The notes under the pieces are model-generated. The model ran no database searches and was not told the DNA's origin. It saw only the letters and a list, made by a program, of their open reading frames with translations. This document shows positions 1 through 9,836 of a stretch of 64,000 bases of DNA, one piece after another. The position numbers and the translations under genes were made by a program. Each line of letters opens with the position of its first letter. The first letter of the stretch is position 1. The DNA is from an uncultured Verrucomicrobiota bacterium. Lineage in GTDB: Bacteria; Verrucomicrobiota; Verrucomicrobiia; Limisphaerales; UBA8199. Location: contig CAZVFC010000013.1 of assembly GCA_964625855.1 (NCBI GenBank), forward strand, positions 130,671 through 194,670, read 5' to 3'.

Positions 1-807
1 GGCGCTCAGATTAGGTGGGATCCTGTCCCCCGGCTCGGGCAGTCTCGCGCAATGCTGTCCCTGGTCGCGCAGCAGACCCTCCGCAATCATGTTCTCGCCG
101 ATGTGGAGGAGAATTATCTGGTCAACCGCCTCGCGTTTCTGGCGAACTGCAACCTCCTGGAGAATGTCCCGCAGGTATACGGCTTCTTCTCCCTGACGCC
201 GAGCGAAGCCTACCGGGTTACCATGCTCCCTTACGTGGACCCCAATCAGGAGTTTTCGGCACTCCTGGATTTCATGGGCGTGTCCCAGACCACGGCCCCG
301 GGGACGATGTTTGAATGGGTGCGACGTCCGACTGCCATGCCAATCGTATCCGTGGGGCAACAGCCGGTATTCGCCGACGACGAGGCTGCCTTTGCGGCCC
401 TCTCCCAGGCCAGCAGCGACTTTCGACAAACTGTCTATCTGCCCCTCGAAGCGCGTGGGGTCATCTCGGCAAAACGGCAGCCTGCTGCGCGTGTGCTGTC
501 GGCGCAGTTCAGCAATCAAGAAATCGTCCTTCGGACGGATGCCCCCGCTCCGAGCCTGGTGGTCATCGCCCAAAGCCATTATCCGGCCTGGAGAGCCTAC
601 CTGGATGGTCGGCCAGCAAGAATCTGGCGCGCGAATTATGCCTTCCAGGCGGTCGAGGTGCCGGCAGGAAAACACCAGGTTCAGTTGCGTTATGAAGACA
701 ACATGCTGCGGGCCGGGACCGGCCTTTCCGTTCTCGGTTTGTTGGCCTGCGCCGGTTTCTGGCTGAATAACCATTTCCGGTCGAAGAACGTCTCTGAACA
801 AGAATAG
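1..807 (+). CDS. YfhO-family membrane protein, C-terminal part (5' end outside the window)
   Basis: Frame open from base 1 to the stop at 807. Aligns by eye with the C-terminal third of the next ORF (LALFANANLL/LAFLANCNLL, LVVIAQS, WRA.VDG.P..(I/L)WRAN.AFQA.EVPAG), a typical YfhO C-terminus. Confidence 0.75.
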   Translation, partial: GAQIRWDPVPRLGQSRAMLSLVAQQTLRNHVLADVEENYLVNRLAFLANCNLLENVPQVYGFFSLTPSEAYRVTMLPYVDPNQEFSALLDFMGVSQTTAPGTMFEWVRRPTAMPIVSVGQQPVFADDEAAFAALSQASSDFRQTVYLPLEARGVISAKRQPAARVLSAQFSNQEIVLRTDAPAPSLVVIAQSHYPAWRAYLDGRPARIWRANYAFQAVEVPAGKHQVQLRYEDNMLRAGTGLSVLGLLACAGFWLNNHFRSKNVSEQE

Positions 808-872
808 AACTCCTTCTGGTCCCTTACGCTTCGGGCTTGGATTCGGCCGGGCACGTGACACACTCCCGAGGC

Positions 873-3161
873 ATGTTTGGTCACAGATCCGAGCCTGCCG
901 CGCGGCAGGCCGCCGACGACTGGTTCACGCCCGGACGCTTCGCAGCGTTGCTCGCCGCCTTGATCTGCGCGTCCTATCCCGAGGTTTTGATCGGCCAGGC
1001 TACCTTCTTCCATCGCGATTTCGCCGTGTTTGGCTACCCCCTCGCTTACTATCATCGCGAGAGCTTTTGGCAGGGGGCATTTCCGCTTTGGACCCCGTTG
1101 AACTACTGCGGCCTGCCGTTTCTGGCCCAATGGAATACTCTCTGTCTGTATCCCCTGTCGCTGCTGTACCTGCTGTTCCCTTTGTCCTGGTCACTGGGCG
1201 TGTTCTGCCTCCTCCACCTCTTTCTGGCAGGGATGGGAATCTACTTCCTTGCGTATCGGTGGACGGAGAACCGATTCGCGGCGGCAGTTGCGGGTCTGGT
1301 GTATCCCTTCAACGCCCTGTTGCTCAACTGCCTGATGTGGCCAAACAACATCGCCGCACTGGGCTGGCTGCCGTGGGTCGTGCTGGCCGCCGAACGCGGC
1401 TGGCGCGAGGGAGGGCGTTTCATCCTGCTGGCTGCCCTGGCGGGGGCAATGCAGATGTTGTCCGGCGCGCCGGAGGTAATCTGGCTCACGTGGGTCTTGC
1501 TGGCCGCCTTGCTCGCCGGAGAACTTGCTTCGACGCCCGGTAAGCGGTGGCGCATGTCCGCGCGCTTTGTGGTGCTAGGCCTCTGGGTGGCTGGACTCGC
1601 GGCGGCGCAACTGATTCCTTTTCTGGACCTGCTGGCCCATTCGCAGCGTGGCGAAGCGTTTGCGGACTCTAGTTGGTCCATGCCGGCCTGGGGCTGGGCC
1701 AATCTCCTGGTGCCGCTGTATCGCAGCCTTCCCGCCCCGCATGGACCCTATGCACAGCCGGGGCAGTTTTGGATACCCTCGTATTACCTGGGCGTAGGGG
1801 TGTTTGCGCTAGCGCTGCTGGCGGTCGGGCTGGTGCGTCGCCGCCGCGTGTGGCTGCTGGGCGCGCTCACGGCACTTTGCCTGCTCCTGGCCCTCGGCGA
1901 GCATGGGCTGGTGTATTCTGCGCTCAAGAGTGTTTTGCCCGGCCTGGGTTTCATGCGGTACCCGATCAAGTTTGTGATCCTGCCTGCGGTTCTCGTCCCC
2001 CTGTTGGCTGCGATTTTCGTCGCGCGCTGCCTCGCGGTTCCGCAGTCCGATTGGCGGCGGCGAAGGAGCTTCGTCTTCGCATTGGGTGCTGTGTTGGTGG
2101 CGGCCATTGCCGCGTTGGTATGGTTCGCCTATCAGCACCCCCTGCGAGGCACCTCCGCCCAAGTTGCCGCCCAAAGCGGCGCCAGTCGCGTGGTGTTCCT
2201 TATCGCCATCCTGACGGGGGTCGTCGCATTGTGTGAAATCAGGCGACCGTCCTGGCAGAAGCTCGTGCGGTTTGGTCTGCTCCTGTTGTTCTGGCTCGAC
2301 GCGATGACCGTCGGGCCGCGGCCAAACCCTACCACCCCGCGCTGGGTCTATGAGCCGAACCTCGCGCGCCAGGAATTGCACCTGGCCCCGCCTCCGCGGA
2401 TGGGAGAATCGCGGGTCATGCTGCAGGCCGAGGCCGAGAGCAACCTCCACATCATCACTATGACCAACGCCGCGGACCACGTCCTCTACAGCCGCTTGGC
2501 TCTCTTTGCCAATGCCAATCTTCTGGACGAGATACCCAAGGTGGTCGGCATGTATTCGCTATATCTGAAGGAAACGGAGGATGTCCTCTTCACCTTGCTG
2601 GGTACCCCCCAGCCGCCGCCTGGGCTGGCCGATTTGCTAGCCATTTCGCACTTGAACGCGCCCGGCAAAGTCACCAAGTGGGAGTTCCGGCCGACCTATT
2701 TGCGCTGGGTCACCGCCGGCCAACAACCCCGGTTTGCCGACGCCGCTGACACACTGTCAGCACTCGCCGCTCCCGAATTCGACCCGCGCCAGACGGTCTT
2801 CCTGCCCCCGGAGGCCCGCGGGCAAGTCACCGTCTCGAACGCCTCGCCCGCGAAGGTTTCTGTTCGCCAGTTTTCCGCGCACAAGGTCCAACTTGAAGTC
2901 GAGGCATCCGAGCCTGCGATGGTTGTCATCGCCCAATCCTTTTTCCACAACTGGCGCGCCCGCGTAGATGGCCAGCCGGCGCGGCTCTGGCGGGCCAACC
3001 ACGCCTTTCAGGCTCTCGAAGTCCCCGCCGGCGCGAGCCGCGTGACCTTGACTTACGAAGACCGGACCTTCTACTGCGGAGGGCTGATCTCGTTGCTGTC
3101 TGTGGGTGTCTGGGTGGCACTTTGGCTCCGAACGCGAAAGCAGCCAATAGTCCGCGCGTAA
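873..3161 (+). CDS. YfhO-family (GT-C-like) integral membrane protein
   Basis: Multi-TM N-terminus with FPLWTP..YCGLPFLA, YLG, FMRYP.KF and the YfhO C-terminal motif. ATG 873 preferred over TTG 837. Confidence 0.75.
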   Translation: MFGHRSEPAARQAADDWFTPGRFAALLAALICASYPEVLIGQATFFHRDFAVFGYPLAYYHRESFWQGAFPLWTPLNYCGLPFLAQWNTLCLYPLSLLYLLFPLSWSLGVFCLLHLFLAGMGIYFLAYRWTENRFAAAVAGLVYPFNALLLNCLMWPNNIAALGWLPWVVLAAERGWREGGRFILLAALAGAMQMLSGAPEVIWLTWVLLAALLAGELASTPGKRWRMSARFVVLGLWVAGLAAAQLIPFLDLLAHSQRGEAFADSSWSMPAWGWANLLVPLYRSLPAPHGPYAQPGQFWIPSYYLGVGVFALALLAVGLVRRRRVWLLGALTALCLLLALGEHGLVYSALKSVLPGLGFMRYPIKFVILPAVLVPLLAAIFVARCLAVPQSDWRRRRSFVFALGAVLVAAIAALVWFAYQHPLRGTSAQVAAQSGASRVVFLIAILTGVVALCEIRRPSWQKLVRFGLLLLFWLDAMTVGPRPNPTTPRWVYEPNLARQELHLAPPPRMGESRVMLQAEAESNLHIITMTNAADHVLYSRLALFANANLLDEIPKVVGMYSLYLKETEDVLFTLLGTPQPPPGLADLLAISHLNAPGKVTKWEFRPTYLRWVTAGQQPRFADAADTLSALAAPEFDPRQTVFLPPEARGQVTVSNASPAKVSVRQFSAHKVQLEVEASEPAMVVIAQSFFHNWRARVDGQPARLWRANHAFQALEVPAGASRVTLTYEDRTFYCGGLISLLSVGVWVALWLRTRKQPIVRA

Positions 3162-3286
3162 ACCAACCCACGTTGACCACGCGGTAATTATAGGACGCAC
3201 TGCGGATCTGCGGATCGGCCCACAAGCCCGTAAAGTCGCGATAGGTTCCGAATCTAGCTACAGCCTCGTATCCTCCAGCTCGTGGA

Positions 3287-3652
3287 CTACCGTCCTAAAG
3301 GCGGCGGCACATTCTCGGGTGAAGCATCCCTGCCAGAGCGAAGGATTTGGAGGCTGGTAACCAGTGACCAGAGCCATGCTGCCACGAAGGTCAGAGCCCC
3401 TGCCCCGCCGAGCCAGCCGGTCGGCTTCGGCTCGGTGTCGCTGACGATTCGGTTGTAGAAGTTGATGGTCGTCAATGCGAACCAGCCGACCACCATCACG
3501 AACCCGGCGACCGCCAGGAGCAGTTGGCCGATGCCCGCGATCCACCGCCGGGCCATGAGGGAGCCCAGGCCGGGGGTGGCCAGTTGGTTGATCAGGGCAC
3601 AGTTGCGCGCGGTGGCGCGGCTAAGCGGTTTGGCGGCCGAAGATCGCTTCAT
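3287..3652 (-). CDS. Small membrane protein, hypothetical
   Basis: Two to three hydrophobic segments (NQLATPGLGSL..., GALTFVAAWLWSLV). Last gene of the GYF cluster; start 3652 or 3658. Confidence 0.6.
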   Translation of the reverse strand: MKRSSAAKPLSRATARNCALINQLATPGLGSLMARRWIAGIGQLLLAVAGFVMVVGWFALTTINFYNRIVSDTEPKPTGWLGGAGALTFVAAWLWSLVTSLQILRSGRDASPENVPPPLGR

Positions 3653-4532
3653 AAGCATACATCCGGGCCATCCAGGAAATGGCAGAGGTCACGATAATGC
3701 CGACGCAGCAGGCGATCAGCCCGCAACTGGCGATCAGGCTGATGACGAGCACAAAGGCAAATACGAGAAACCAGTGCTTCGAGACCGCCTTCCGGCTGAG
3801 CTCCATTGCCTCCCAGAAACTCATCCTCCGATCAATGACCAGCGGGACGGCGAAAGCCCAGGAGAAACTCAGGTAGATGCCGGGCAGGACACAGAAACAA
3901 AGGCCGAGCAGGGTCAGCACGCTGGTAACAAGGCCAAGCACCGCCAATTGGCCAATCGCGGGGCCGAAACCGGAGAAAGCGGCGCCAATGCCGACGTTCT
4001 CGCCGCGGATGAGCTTCAGGTAGTAATTATATATCCCCGCCATTAAGATGGTGTAGACCGGGGTCCCAAGGATAGAGACTCCGCAAACGAGGAGAATGGC
4101 TCCAACCGAAACCCGCTGGTGGCGAAACATGTCCTCAAGCGCGGGGCGGGTGAGCAAACCAAGCAGTTGGTTGATGCCGACCACCACCACCAGCACCAGG
4201 CACGCCGCGCCCACGGTCGGCCCGAAGCGCTGCTTCACCAGTTCCCAGCCCCGAGTGATGCAGTCACCAATATCCAGAGTGTAATCGCGGGCCAGGATTT
4301 CATCCACTGACACCCGCCCCGTCACGCCGGGGGCGCAGCCCGGGGGCGGGGCGGAAGGCGGGTTGACGAGGTCAGCGAACTCCGGGAACGCGGACAGCGG
4401 CTTCCACTCGGTCGCCCCTTCGGCGAATACCCGGGTTTGCGCATTGGCCCGCCCCTCGGCAATCCATCGGCGCAACTCCTCCTCGGCGACCGGCCCGTAT
4501 TGCTTCTGGTCTCCGCCGATTATGGTGTACAT
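3621..4532 (-). CDS. GYF_2/DUF4339-domain membrane protein
   Basis: Start re-called at MYTIIGGDQKQYGPV (ATG 4532). GYF-like N-terminus followed by a multi-TM region with CVLPGIY and A...S.K.V.K.WF motifs. Confidence 0.75.
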   Translation of the reverse strand: MYTIIGGDQKQYGPVAEEELRRWIAEGRANAQTRVFAEGATEWKPLSAFPEFADLVNPPSAPPPGCAPGVTGRVSVDEILARDYTLDIGDCITRGWELVKQRFGPTVGAACLVLVVVVGINQLLGLLTRPALEDMFRHQRVSVGAILLVCGVSILGTPVYTILMAGIYNYYLKLIRGENVGIGAAFSGFGPAIGQLAVLGLVTSVLTLLGLCFCVLPGIYLSFSWAFAVPLVIDRRMSFWEAMELSRKAVSKHWFLVFAFVLVISLIASCGLIACCVGIIVTSAISWMARMYAYEAIFGRQTA

Positions 4533-4543
4533 AACCGCCGGGC

Positions 4544-5140
4544 TCAATGGAACGCGCTCTTGACTTCGGGCTTCAACAGGACCACCAGGGCCCAGATGCC
4601 AATCGGCAGGCCAAGCAGGCAGCAGGGCGAAAAGCAAGGGACCATGGCAATGATCGTGGCCGCCATCGCCAGGCCGTAGCTCTCGAGCTTCTTCATCTTC
4701 GTGGCACCGAGAAAGATCAGGCCGCTTACCAGGATGCCGATGATGCTGGATACCACACCGATTGTGCCGGAGAACATGTTGGCCCAAGCCTCCTGTGGCA
4801 CCCGGCTGCCGGCCATGAATGAAGCCCCGGCCAGATTCATGATCAGCGCCGCGATCTGTGCCAGCCCACCCAGCACGGCCACCACGATCAAACCGATCGC
4901 CGGTCCATTCACCTGCTCGGCGGCGGCCGGGGTTGCGGTCGGAAAGGCGGGCATGGCCGGCGTCGCCGCCGGAGCCGCCGCCGCGAATTCCGGCAGCTCG
5001 CTCACGCTCCGCCATTCTGCTGCGCCTTCAGGCAGCACCCGCGTCTGCAAGTTGGCGCGCCCTTCGGCGATCCACTGACGCAATTGGTCCGCTGTGATGG
5101 GGCCGTATTCTTTGCCGTCCGCTCCGATGATCTTATACAT
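4544..5140 (-). CDS. GYF_2/DUF4339-domain membrane protein
   Basis: MYKIIGADGKEYGPITADQLRQWIAEGRAN N-terminus, three TM segments, Cys-rich PCFSPCCLLGLPIGIWALVVL end. Confidence 0.75.
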   Translation of the reverse strand: MYKIIGADGKEYGPITADQLRQWIAEGRANLQTRVLPEGAAEWRSVSELPEFAAAAPAATPAMPAFPTATPAAAEQVNGPAIGLIVVAVLGGLAQIAALIMNLAGASFMAGSRVPQEAWANMFSGTIGVVSSIIGILVSGLIFLGATKMKKLESYGLAMAATIIAMVPCFSPCCLLGLPIGIWALVVLLKPEVKSAFH

Positions 5141-5221
5141 AGGTAATTACCTTTCTTTGATGTTGGTTGAGTCCGGTTGTATGTAATTTGGTCTGTGCGC
5201 GCAAGCCTCGCTTTAATCCGC

Positions 5222-5644
5222 TCATGGCGGCAGCATGGCAAAGGGCAGCCCCGGCACGTTCCGCAGAAGGGTGAAGGCGGCGAGCGCCACCAGTAACCCC
5301 CACAGCCATGTCGGGCGGAAGCCCGGCCCCGCCGACTGGTTGTTCAACCTTCGCAGCGCCCACCGGACTCCGAACCAGCACAACAGCGGCAGGGAGACAA
5401 CCAGCAATGGGTTGAATTGAAACGCCGTGGCCAGGTGACCGTGCAGGAGCTGGTGCAGCGCACGCAAAGCGCCGCAGCCGGCGCAAAGCAGGCCGGTGGT
5501 TTGGTGAAAGAAGCACGGCGGATAGAAGTGATATCGCCGGGGGTCGAAGCAGAACAGCACGACCGCCGCTGCCGCGACGGGCAGCAGCACCGCGCCCAGC
5601 GCCACCAGGGGCGTCGCGCGAGACCGTTTGACAGGCTCAGCCAT
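5222..5644 (-). CDS. DUF2752-domain membrane protein
   Basis: C.F...TGL.C.GCG..RA...LLHG....A...NP motif. Confidence 0.8.
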   Translation of the reverse strand: MAEPVKRSRATPLVALGAVLLPVAAAAVVLFCFDPRRYHFYPPCFFHQTTGLLCAGCGALRALHQLLHGHLATAFQFNPLLVVSLPLLCWFGVRWALRRLNNQSAGPGFRPTWLWGLLVALAAFTLLRNVPGLPFAMLPP

Positions 5645-5681
5645 GCCGCAGCATGCTTCGGGTATTCACCGGCCAGGCAAT

Positions 5682-6158
5682 CTAGAACCACTCCTTCTGC
5701 CCGTCCACGTAAATCCGCACGAATTCGTCATCCGACTTGCACAGGTAGAGGATGCCTTCGATCAGTCCGATGAGGCCCATGACCCAGCCCCCAATGCCGC
5801 AGGTCAGCACCGTCACCAGCAACATAATCAGCCCCGGGCCGGTGTAGCCGAGGATGAATTTATGGATGCCCAGCCAGCCCAGGAGGATGCCGCAGATGCC
5901 GGCGGGTACCTTGTTTGACGCCCGAGGGTTGCTCGCGGAAGGCAGTGTCGTGAGCGTCGGCGGAGCCGCCGTGGGCGCAGGTCCAGGTTTCAAATCGGGC
6001 GCGAATTCCGCGAACGAACTCAGCGGCCGCCACTCGGTAGCGCCTTCAGCATTAGCCAGGGTTTGCGCATTTGCGCGGTTCTCGGCAATCCAGGCCCGCA
6101 GTTGCTCCGCCGTCACCGGGCCGTATTGCTGACCGTCCTTTCCAATGATGCGATACAT
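5682..6158 (-). CDS. GYF_2 + TM2-domain protein
   Basis: GYF-like N-terminus. C-terminal K..AG...ILLG.LG.HKF.LG...G.IEG..YL..SD.EF...Y TM2 signature. Confidence 0.8.
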   Translation of the reverse strand: MYRIIGKDGQQYGPVTAEQLRAWIAENRANAQTLANAEGATEWRPLSSFAEFAPDLKPGPAPTAAPPTLTTLPSASNPRASNKVPAGICGILLGWLGIHKFILGYTGPGLIMLLVTVLTCGIGGWVMGLIGLIEGILYLCKSDDEFVRIYVDGQKEWF

Positions 6159-6443
6159 ACAGCGTTTCTACCCTCGCCTGCACCATTCGCCAAGTGTAAA
6201 AAGGCGCGCCGTTTGTAATGGGCCGTGCCGCGTCAGACCCGCCGCCGGGTTCTCCCTGTAGTCCTACGGTATTATTCCTGCATGATTCTTGTTGTCTTGG
6301 TGCTTTCCCCTGACCAACGCAGCCATTTCCTGGCTGTGCGCGTGGCCTCAGTATGAAGATGCGCCCGGAATCTCGCCCCTTCACGTTTTAGTGCTGACGC
6401 CCCGCCTGAAGGCTGATATGGAATCCACGCATCAACCGAACCT

Positions 6444-7718
6444 ATGACCCAACGACGCTGGCTACGCATTATCCCCGTTGCGCTGGTCATGTACACCATC
6501 TCGTATGTGGACCGGACGAACGTCTCCCTGGCACTCGACCCCACCATCTCGTCCATGATGAAGGACCTGCTGATGGACGATCGCATGAAAGGGGAGGCGG
6601 CCGGCATCTTCTTCTTCGGCTACCTTCTGCTCCAGATCCCAGGCGGCTACTGGGCTACGAAATGGAGCGCCCGCAAGATCATCAGTCTGTTCCTGATTTC
6701 CTGGGGCATCTGCGCCGTCGGGTGCGGCCTGGCGCAAACCTTCAGGCAATTCGAGGTGATGCGTTTCCTGTTGGGCGTTGCTGAAAGCGGCGTGTTTCCA
6801 GCCACGATGGTGCTGCTGGCCAATTGGTTTCCGCGGGCCGAGCGCGCTCGCGCCAACGCCTATTGGAACCTTTGCCAGCCGCTGGCCGTTGCGGGGACCG
6901 CACCCATTACCGGCTGGCTGCTGGGGGCGTATGGCTGGCAGCAGATGCTGATCATGGAAGGAATGCTGCCTTTCCTCTGGCTGCCCGTCTGGTGGTTCTG
7001 CATCCGCGATCATCCACGGGAGGCGAAGTGGATTTCTGCCGAAGAACGGACCTGGCTCGAAAGCACCTTGCAGCGGGAGGCGGCCGAACTGGAGCCGCCA
7101 CAGCCCGTTTCCTGGTGGGCGCGGTTTCGCGATCGCACCGTGTTGGTTCTGATCGCCATGTATTTCCTGCAGAACTGCGCCGCCTATGGCTGTATGACCT
7201 TCTTTACCACCAGCCTAAAGGACAGAGGATTCACGGGATTGGAGTATGGGATTCTATTTGGCATCCCCTACGCCGTCACCGCCGTTATCATGGTGCTCAA
7301 CTCCCGGCACTCGGATAAGACCCGCGAGCGGCGCGGGCACGTGGCCGCCGTCTATGTCCTGAGCGGCCTCAGCCTCATCCTCAGCGTGGGGCTCAAAGAG
7401 CACTTCTGGCTCTCCTACGCATTGATGTGCCTGGCCATACCGGGTCCGTTCGCGGCCCTGGGGCCGTTCTGGTCCATTCCTAGCGAGACTCTGCCTCGGG
7501 GCGCCGTGGGTGTGGTGGTCGGCTTGGTCAATGCCTTCGGCAACCTGGGTGGATTCGCCGGACCGTATATCGCGGGGTGGCTCAAGCACGAATACCAAAG
7601 CTTGACGGTTGCTTTCGACGCTCTGGGTGCGGGACTGCTGATCGGCGCCGCGCTGGCCTTCCTGCTCCCGAAAGCGGCTCATCCACTCGCGAGTGCTGCG
7701 GCGCTCAAAGCGCGTTGA
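6444..7718 (+). CDS. MFS transporter, anion:cation symporter-like (sugar-acid permease)
   Basis: SYVDRTN, GIFFFGYLLLQIPGG, RFLLGVAESG.FP, WFP..ERA motifs; 12-TM pattern. Confidence 0.9.
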   Translation: MTQRRWLRIIPVALVMYTISYVDRTNVSLALDPTISSMMKDLLMDDRMKGEAAGIFFFGYLLLQIPGGYWATKWSARKIISLFLISWGICAVGCGLAQTFRQFEVMRFLLGVAESGVFPATMVLLANWFPRAERARANAYWNLCQPLAVAGTAPITGWLLGAYGWQQMLIMEGMLPFLWLPVWWFCIRDHPREAKWISAEERTWLESTLQREAAELEPPQPVSWWARFRDRTVLVLIAMYFLQNCAAYGCMTFFTTSLKDRGFTGLEYGILFGIPYAVTAVIMVLNSRHSDKTRERRGHVAAVYVLSGLSLILSVGLKEHFWLSYALMCLAIPGPFAALGPFWSIPSETLPRGAVGVVVGLVNAFGNLGGFAGPYIAGWLKHEYQSLTVAFDALGAGLLIGAALAFLLPKAAHPLASAAALKAR

Positions 7719-7778
7719 GCCTCCTGCTTGACCGAACCGCCTCGATGCTCCTTACTGGTCAATCATGAGCGTGAAACG

Positions 7779-8810
7779 ATGAAGGCCCTGGTTCTTAAAG
7801 CCTACAAGCAGTTCGCGTGCGAAGAGGTGCCAACCCCGGAGCCCGGCCCGGAAGAGGTCCTCGTCGCCGTCAAAGCCTGCGGAATTTGCGGCAGCGACGT
7901 GCATGGGATGGACGGCAGCACGGGCCGCCGTCGCCCGCCCATCATCATGGGCCACGAGGCGGCGGGCGTCATCTCCCGGGTCGGCAGCCACGTGACCGGC
8001 TGGGCGGCGGGCGATCGGGTCACATTCGACTCGACCATCTATTGCGGCCAGTGTGAGTTCTGCCGGCGCGGCTTGATCAACCTTTGCAATAACCGGCGAG
8101 TCCTGGGAGTCTCCTGCGAAGACTACCGGCAGAACGGCGCCTTTGCTGAATTTGTAGCCGTGCCGCAGCATATTCTTTATCGGCTGCCGGATGCGCTGAC
8201 CTGCGAGCACGCCGCACTGGCTGAGCCATTCACCATCGCCTTGCACGCCGTTCGCCGCGCGCCGCCGACCTTGAACGATGCCGTCGTGGTGGTCGGCGCG
8301 GGGATGATCGGCCTGGCGCTGGTGCAAGCGCTAAGCCAGGCCGGCTGCGGGCGCCTCATCGTGGTGGACATCGCGGGCGAAAGGCTGGCCCTGGCGGCAA
8401 AGCTCGGCGCGACGAACACGATTAATTCCGCGGCCGAAGATGTCCCCGGGGCGATACTGCGCCTCACGCAAGGGCTGGGCGCTGACCTTGCCTTCGAGGC
8501 GGTGGGCGTGCCCGCGACGGTGGACCTGGTGCTGCGTTGCGTGCGCAAGGGCGGCTCGGTGATCTTGGTTGGCAACGTGACGCCGAAGGTCGAGTTCCCG
8601 CTGCAAACGGACGTCACACGCGAGTTGACCCTCTACGGCTCGTGCGCCTCTCAAGGAGAGTATCCGGCCTGCCTGGCGATGCTCGAGCGTGGCGCGCTGC
8701 AAGCCGCGCCCCTCATCAGTGCCGTCGCACCCCTGGAGGAAGGCGCAGCCTGGTTCGACCGCCTCTATCGTAAGGAAACCGGCTTGCTCAAGGTCGTGCT
8801 CACGCCGTGA
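7779..8810 (+). CDS. Zn-dependent polyol/sugar-acid dehydrogenase (galactitol-1-P / L-iditol dehydrogenase-like)
   Basis: CGICGSD, GHE, C..C..C..G..N.C zinc site, GAGMIG. Start at MKALVL. Confidence 0.88.
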   Translation: MKALVLKAYKQFACEEVPTPEPGPEEVLVAVKACGICGSDVHGMDGSTGRRRPPIIMGHEAAGVISRVGSHVTGWAAGDRVTFDSTIYCGQCEFCRRGLINLCNNRRVLGVSCEDYRQNGAFAEFVAVPQHILYRLPDALTCEHAALAEPFTIALHAVRRAPPTLNDAVVVVGAGMIGLALVQALSQAGCGRLIVVDIAGERLALAAKLGATNTINSAAEDVPGAILRLTQGLGADLAFEAVGVPATVDLVLRCVRKGGSVILVGNVTPKVEFPLQTDVTRELTLYGSCASQGEYPACLAMLERGALQAAPLISAVAPLEEGAAWFDRLYRKETGLLKVVLTP

Positions 8811-8834
8811 AACGTGAAACGTGATGCGTGAAGG
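8807..8834 (+). repeat. Heptamer tandem array GTGA(A/T)NN x4
   Basis: GTGAAAC GTGAAAC GTGATGC GTGAAGG, overlapping the dehydrogenase stop codon. Confidence 0.75.
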
Positions 8835-8849
8835 GAAGCGAGAACGTGG

Positions 8850-9650
8850 ATGAATATGAACGAGAACCTCTTTGATCTAACCGGCAAAGTCGCCATTGTC
8901 ACCGGCACCAGCCGCGGACTTGGCCAATATTTCGGGCGGGCCTTGGCCCGTGCCGGTGCTGACCTTGTCATCACCAGTCGCAACCCGGCAACGCTGTCCC
9001 CGTTCCAGGCTGAAGTTGAGGCGCTTGGCCGACGGGCGTTGCCGCTGGCACTCGATGTGCGCAGTTCCGACAGCATCCAGGCCTTTGTCGAGGCCGCCGT
9101 CGCGCACTACGGGAAGATAGACATCCTGGTCAATAACGCCGGCTGCAATGTCCGCAAACCTGCGCTCGAGGTCGCCTGGGATGATTGGAACCTCGTTCTG
9201 GAAACCAACCTCCGCGGGACCTTCTTCGTTTCACAAGCCGTGGCGCGCCACATGATTCCCCGGAAATACGGTCGCATCATCAACATCGGCTCCGTCACCT
9301 GTGTCGCCGGCTACGCCGGCCTCGGACCCTACGGCGCCAGCCGCGGCGGGGTCAAACAACTCACCATGAGCCTCGCCGACGATTGGGGCATTCACGGCAT
9401 CACCGTGAATTGTCTAGCCCCCGGCTGGTTCAAGACCCAACAAAACGCCGTCATGTACGAGAACCGGGAATGGGTCGAATACCTCTGCGATCGGATCCCA
9501 CTCAAGCGCCCCGGCCAGCCGCAGGACTTGGACGGCGCGGTGGTGTTTCTGGCCTCCGACGCCAGCGCCTACGTAACCGGCCAGACCCTCCTCGTGGATG
9601 GCGGCATCTCGACCGGCGCTACCCGCGCCTTGCCGAAAAAGGGCCGGTGA
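8850..9650 (+). CDS. SDR oxidoreductase, gluconate 5-dehydrogenase/KduD-like
   Basis: TGTSRGLG, NNAG, YGASRGG (YxxxR variant), VNCLAPGWF, YVTGQTLLVDGG. Confidence 0.88.
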   Translation: MNMNENLFDLTGKVAIVTGTSRGLGQYFGRALARAGADLVITSRNPATLSPFQAEVEALGRRALPLALDVRSSDSIQAFVEAAVAHYGKIDILVNNAGCNVRKPALEVAWDDWNLVLETNLRGTFFVSQAVARHMIPRKYGRIINIGSVTCVAGYAGLGPYGASRGGVKQLTMSLADDWGIHGITVNCLAPGWFKTQQNAVMYENREWVEYLCDRIPLKRPGQPQDLDGAVVFLASDASAYVTGQTLLVDGGISTGATRALPKKGR

Positions 9651-9770
9651 GACGGTCAAAGGTGGCACATGCTTCGCCGGCTGAACCCTCTGGATGGCGG
9701 CACCCATTTGGCTTCTTAGGAGCGTGCGGATGCGCGTATATGCAGAAGCCATGAGCGACCAACAATCACC

Positions 9771-9806
9771 CATAGGCAATAGACAATAGCCGATTGCCGA
9801 TAACCA
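9771..9806 (+). repeat. Heptamer array (AATAGCC-type), left arm of an inverted pair
   Basis: ATAGGCA ATAGACA ATAGCCG ATTGCCG ATAACCA. Confidence 0.8.
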
Positions 9807-9836
9807 AACCACCACAAGCGAAAGGAGAGTTACCAC

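Noticed and set aside
3621-5015. 464-aa ORF as called by the track (likewise the extended starts at 19872, 21828, 40500, 42410, 48732)
   Set aside because: The N-terminal extensions overlap neighbouring genes or repeats; homology begins at the downstream starts used above.
9650-9660. 11-nt match AGACGGTCAAA with 23105-23115
   Set aside because: Matches of this length are expected by chance in 64 kb.
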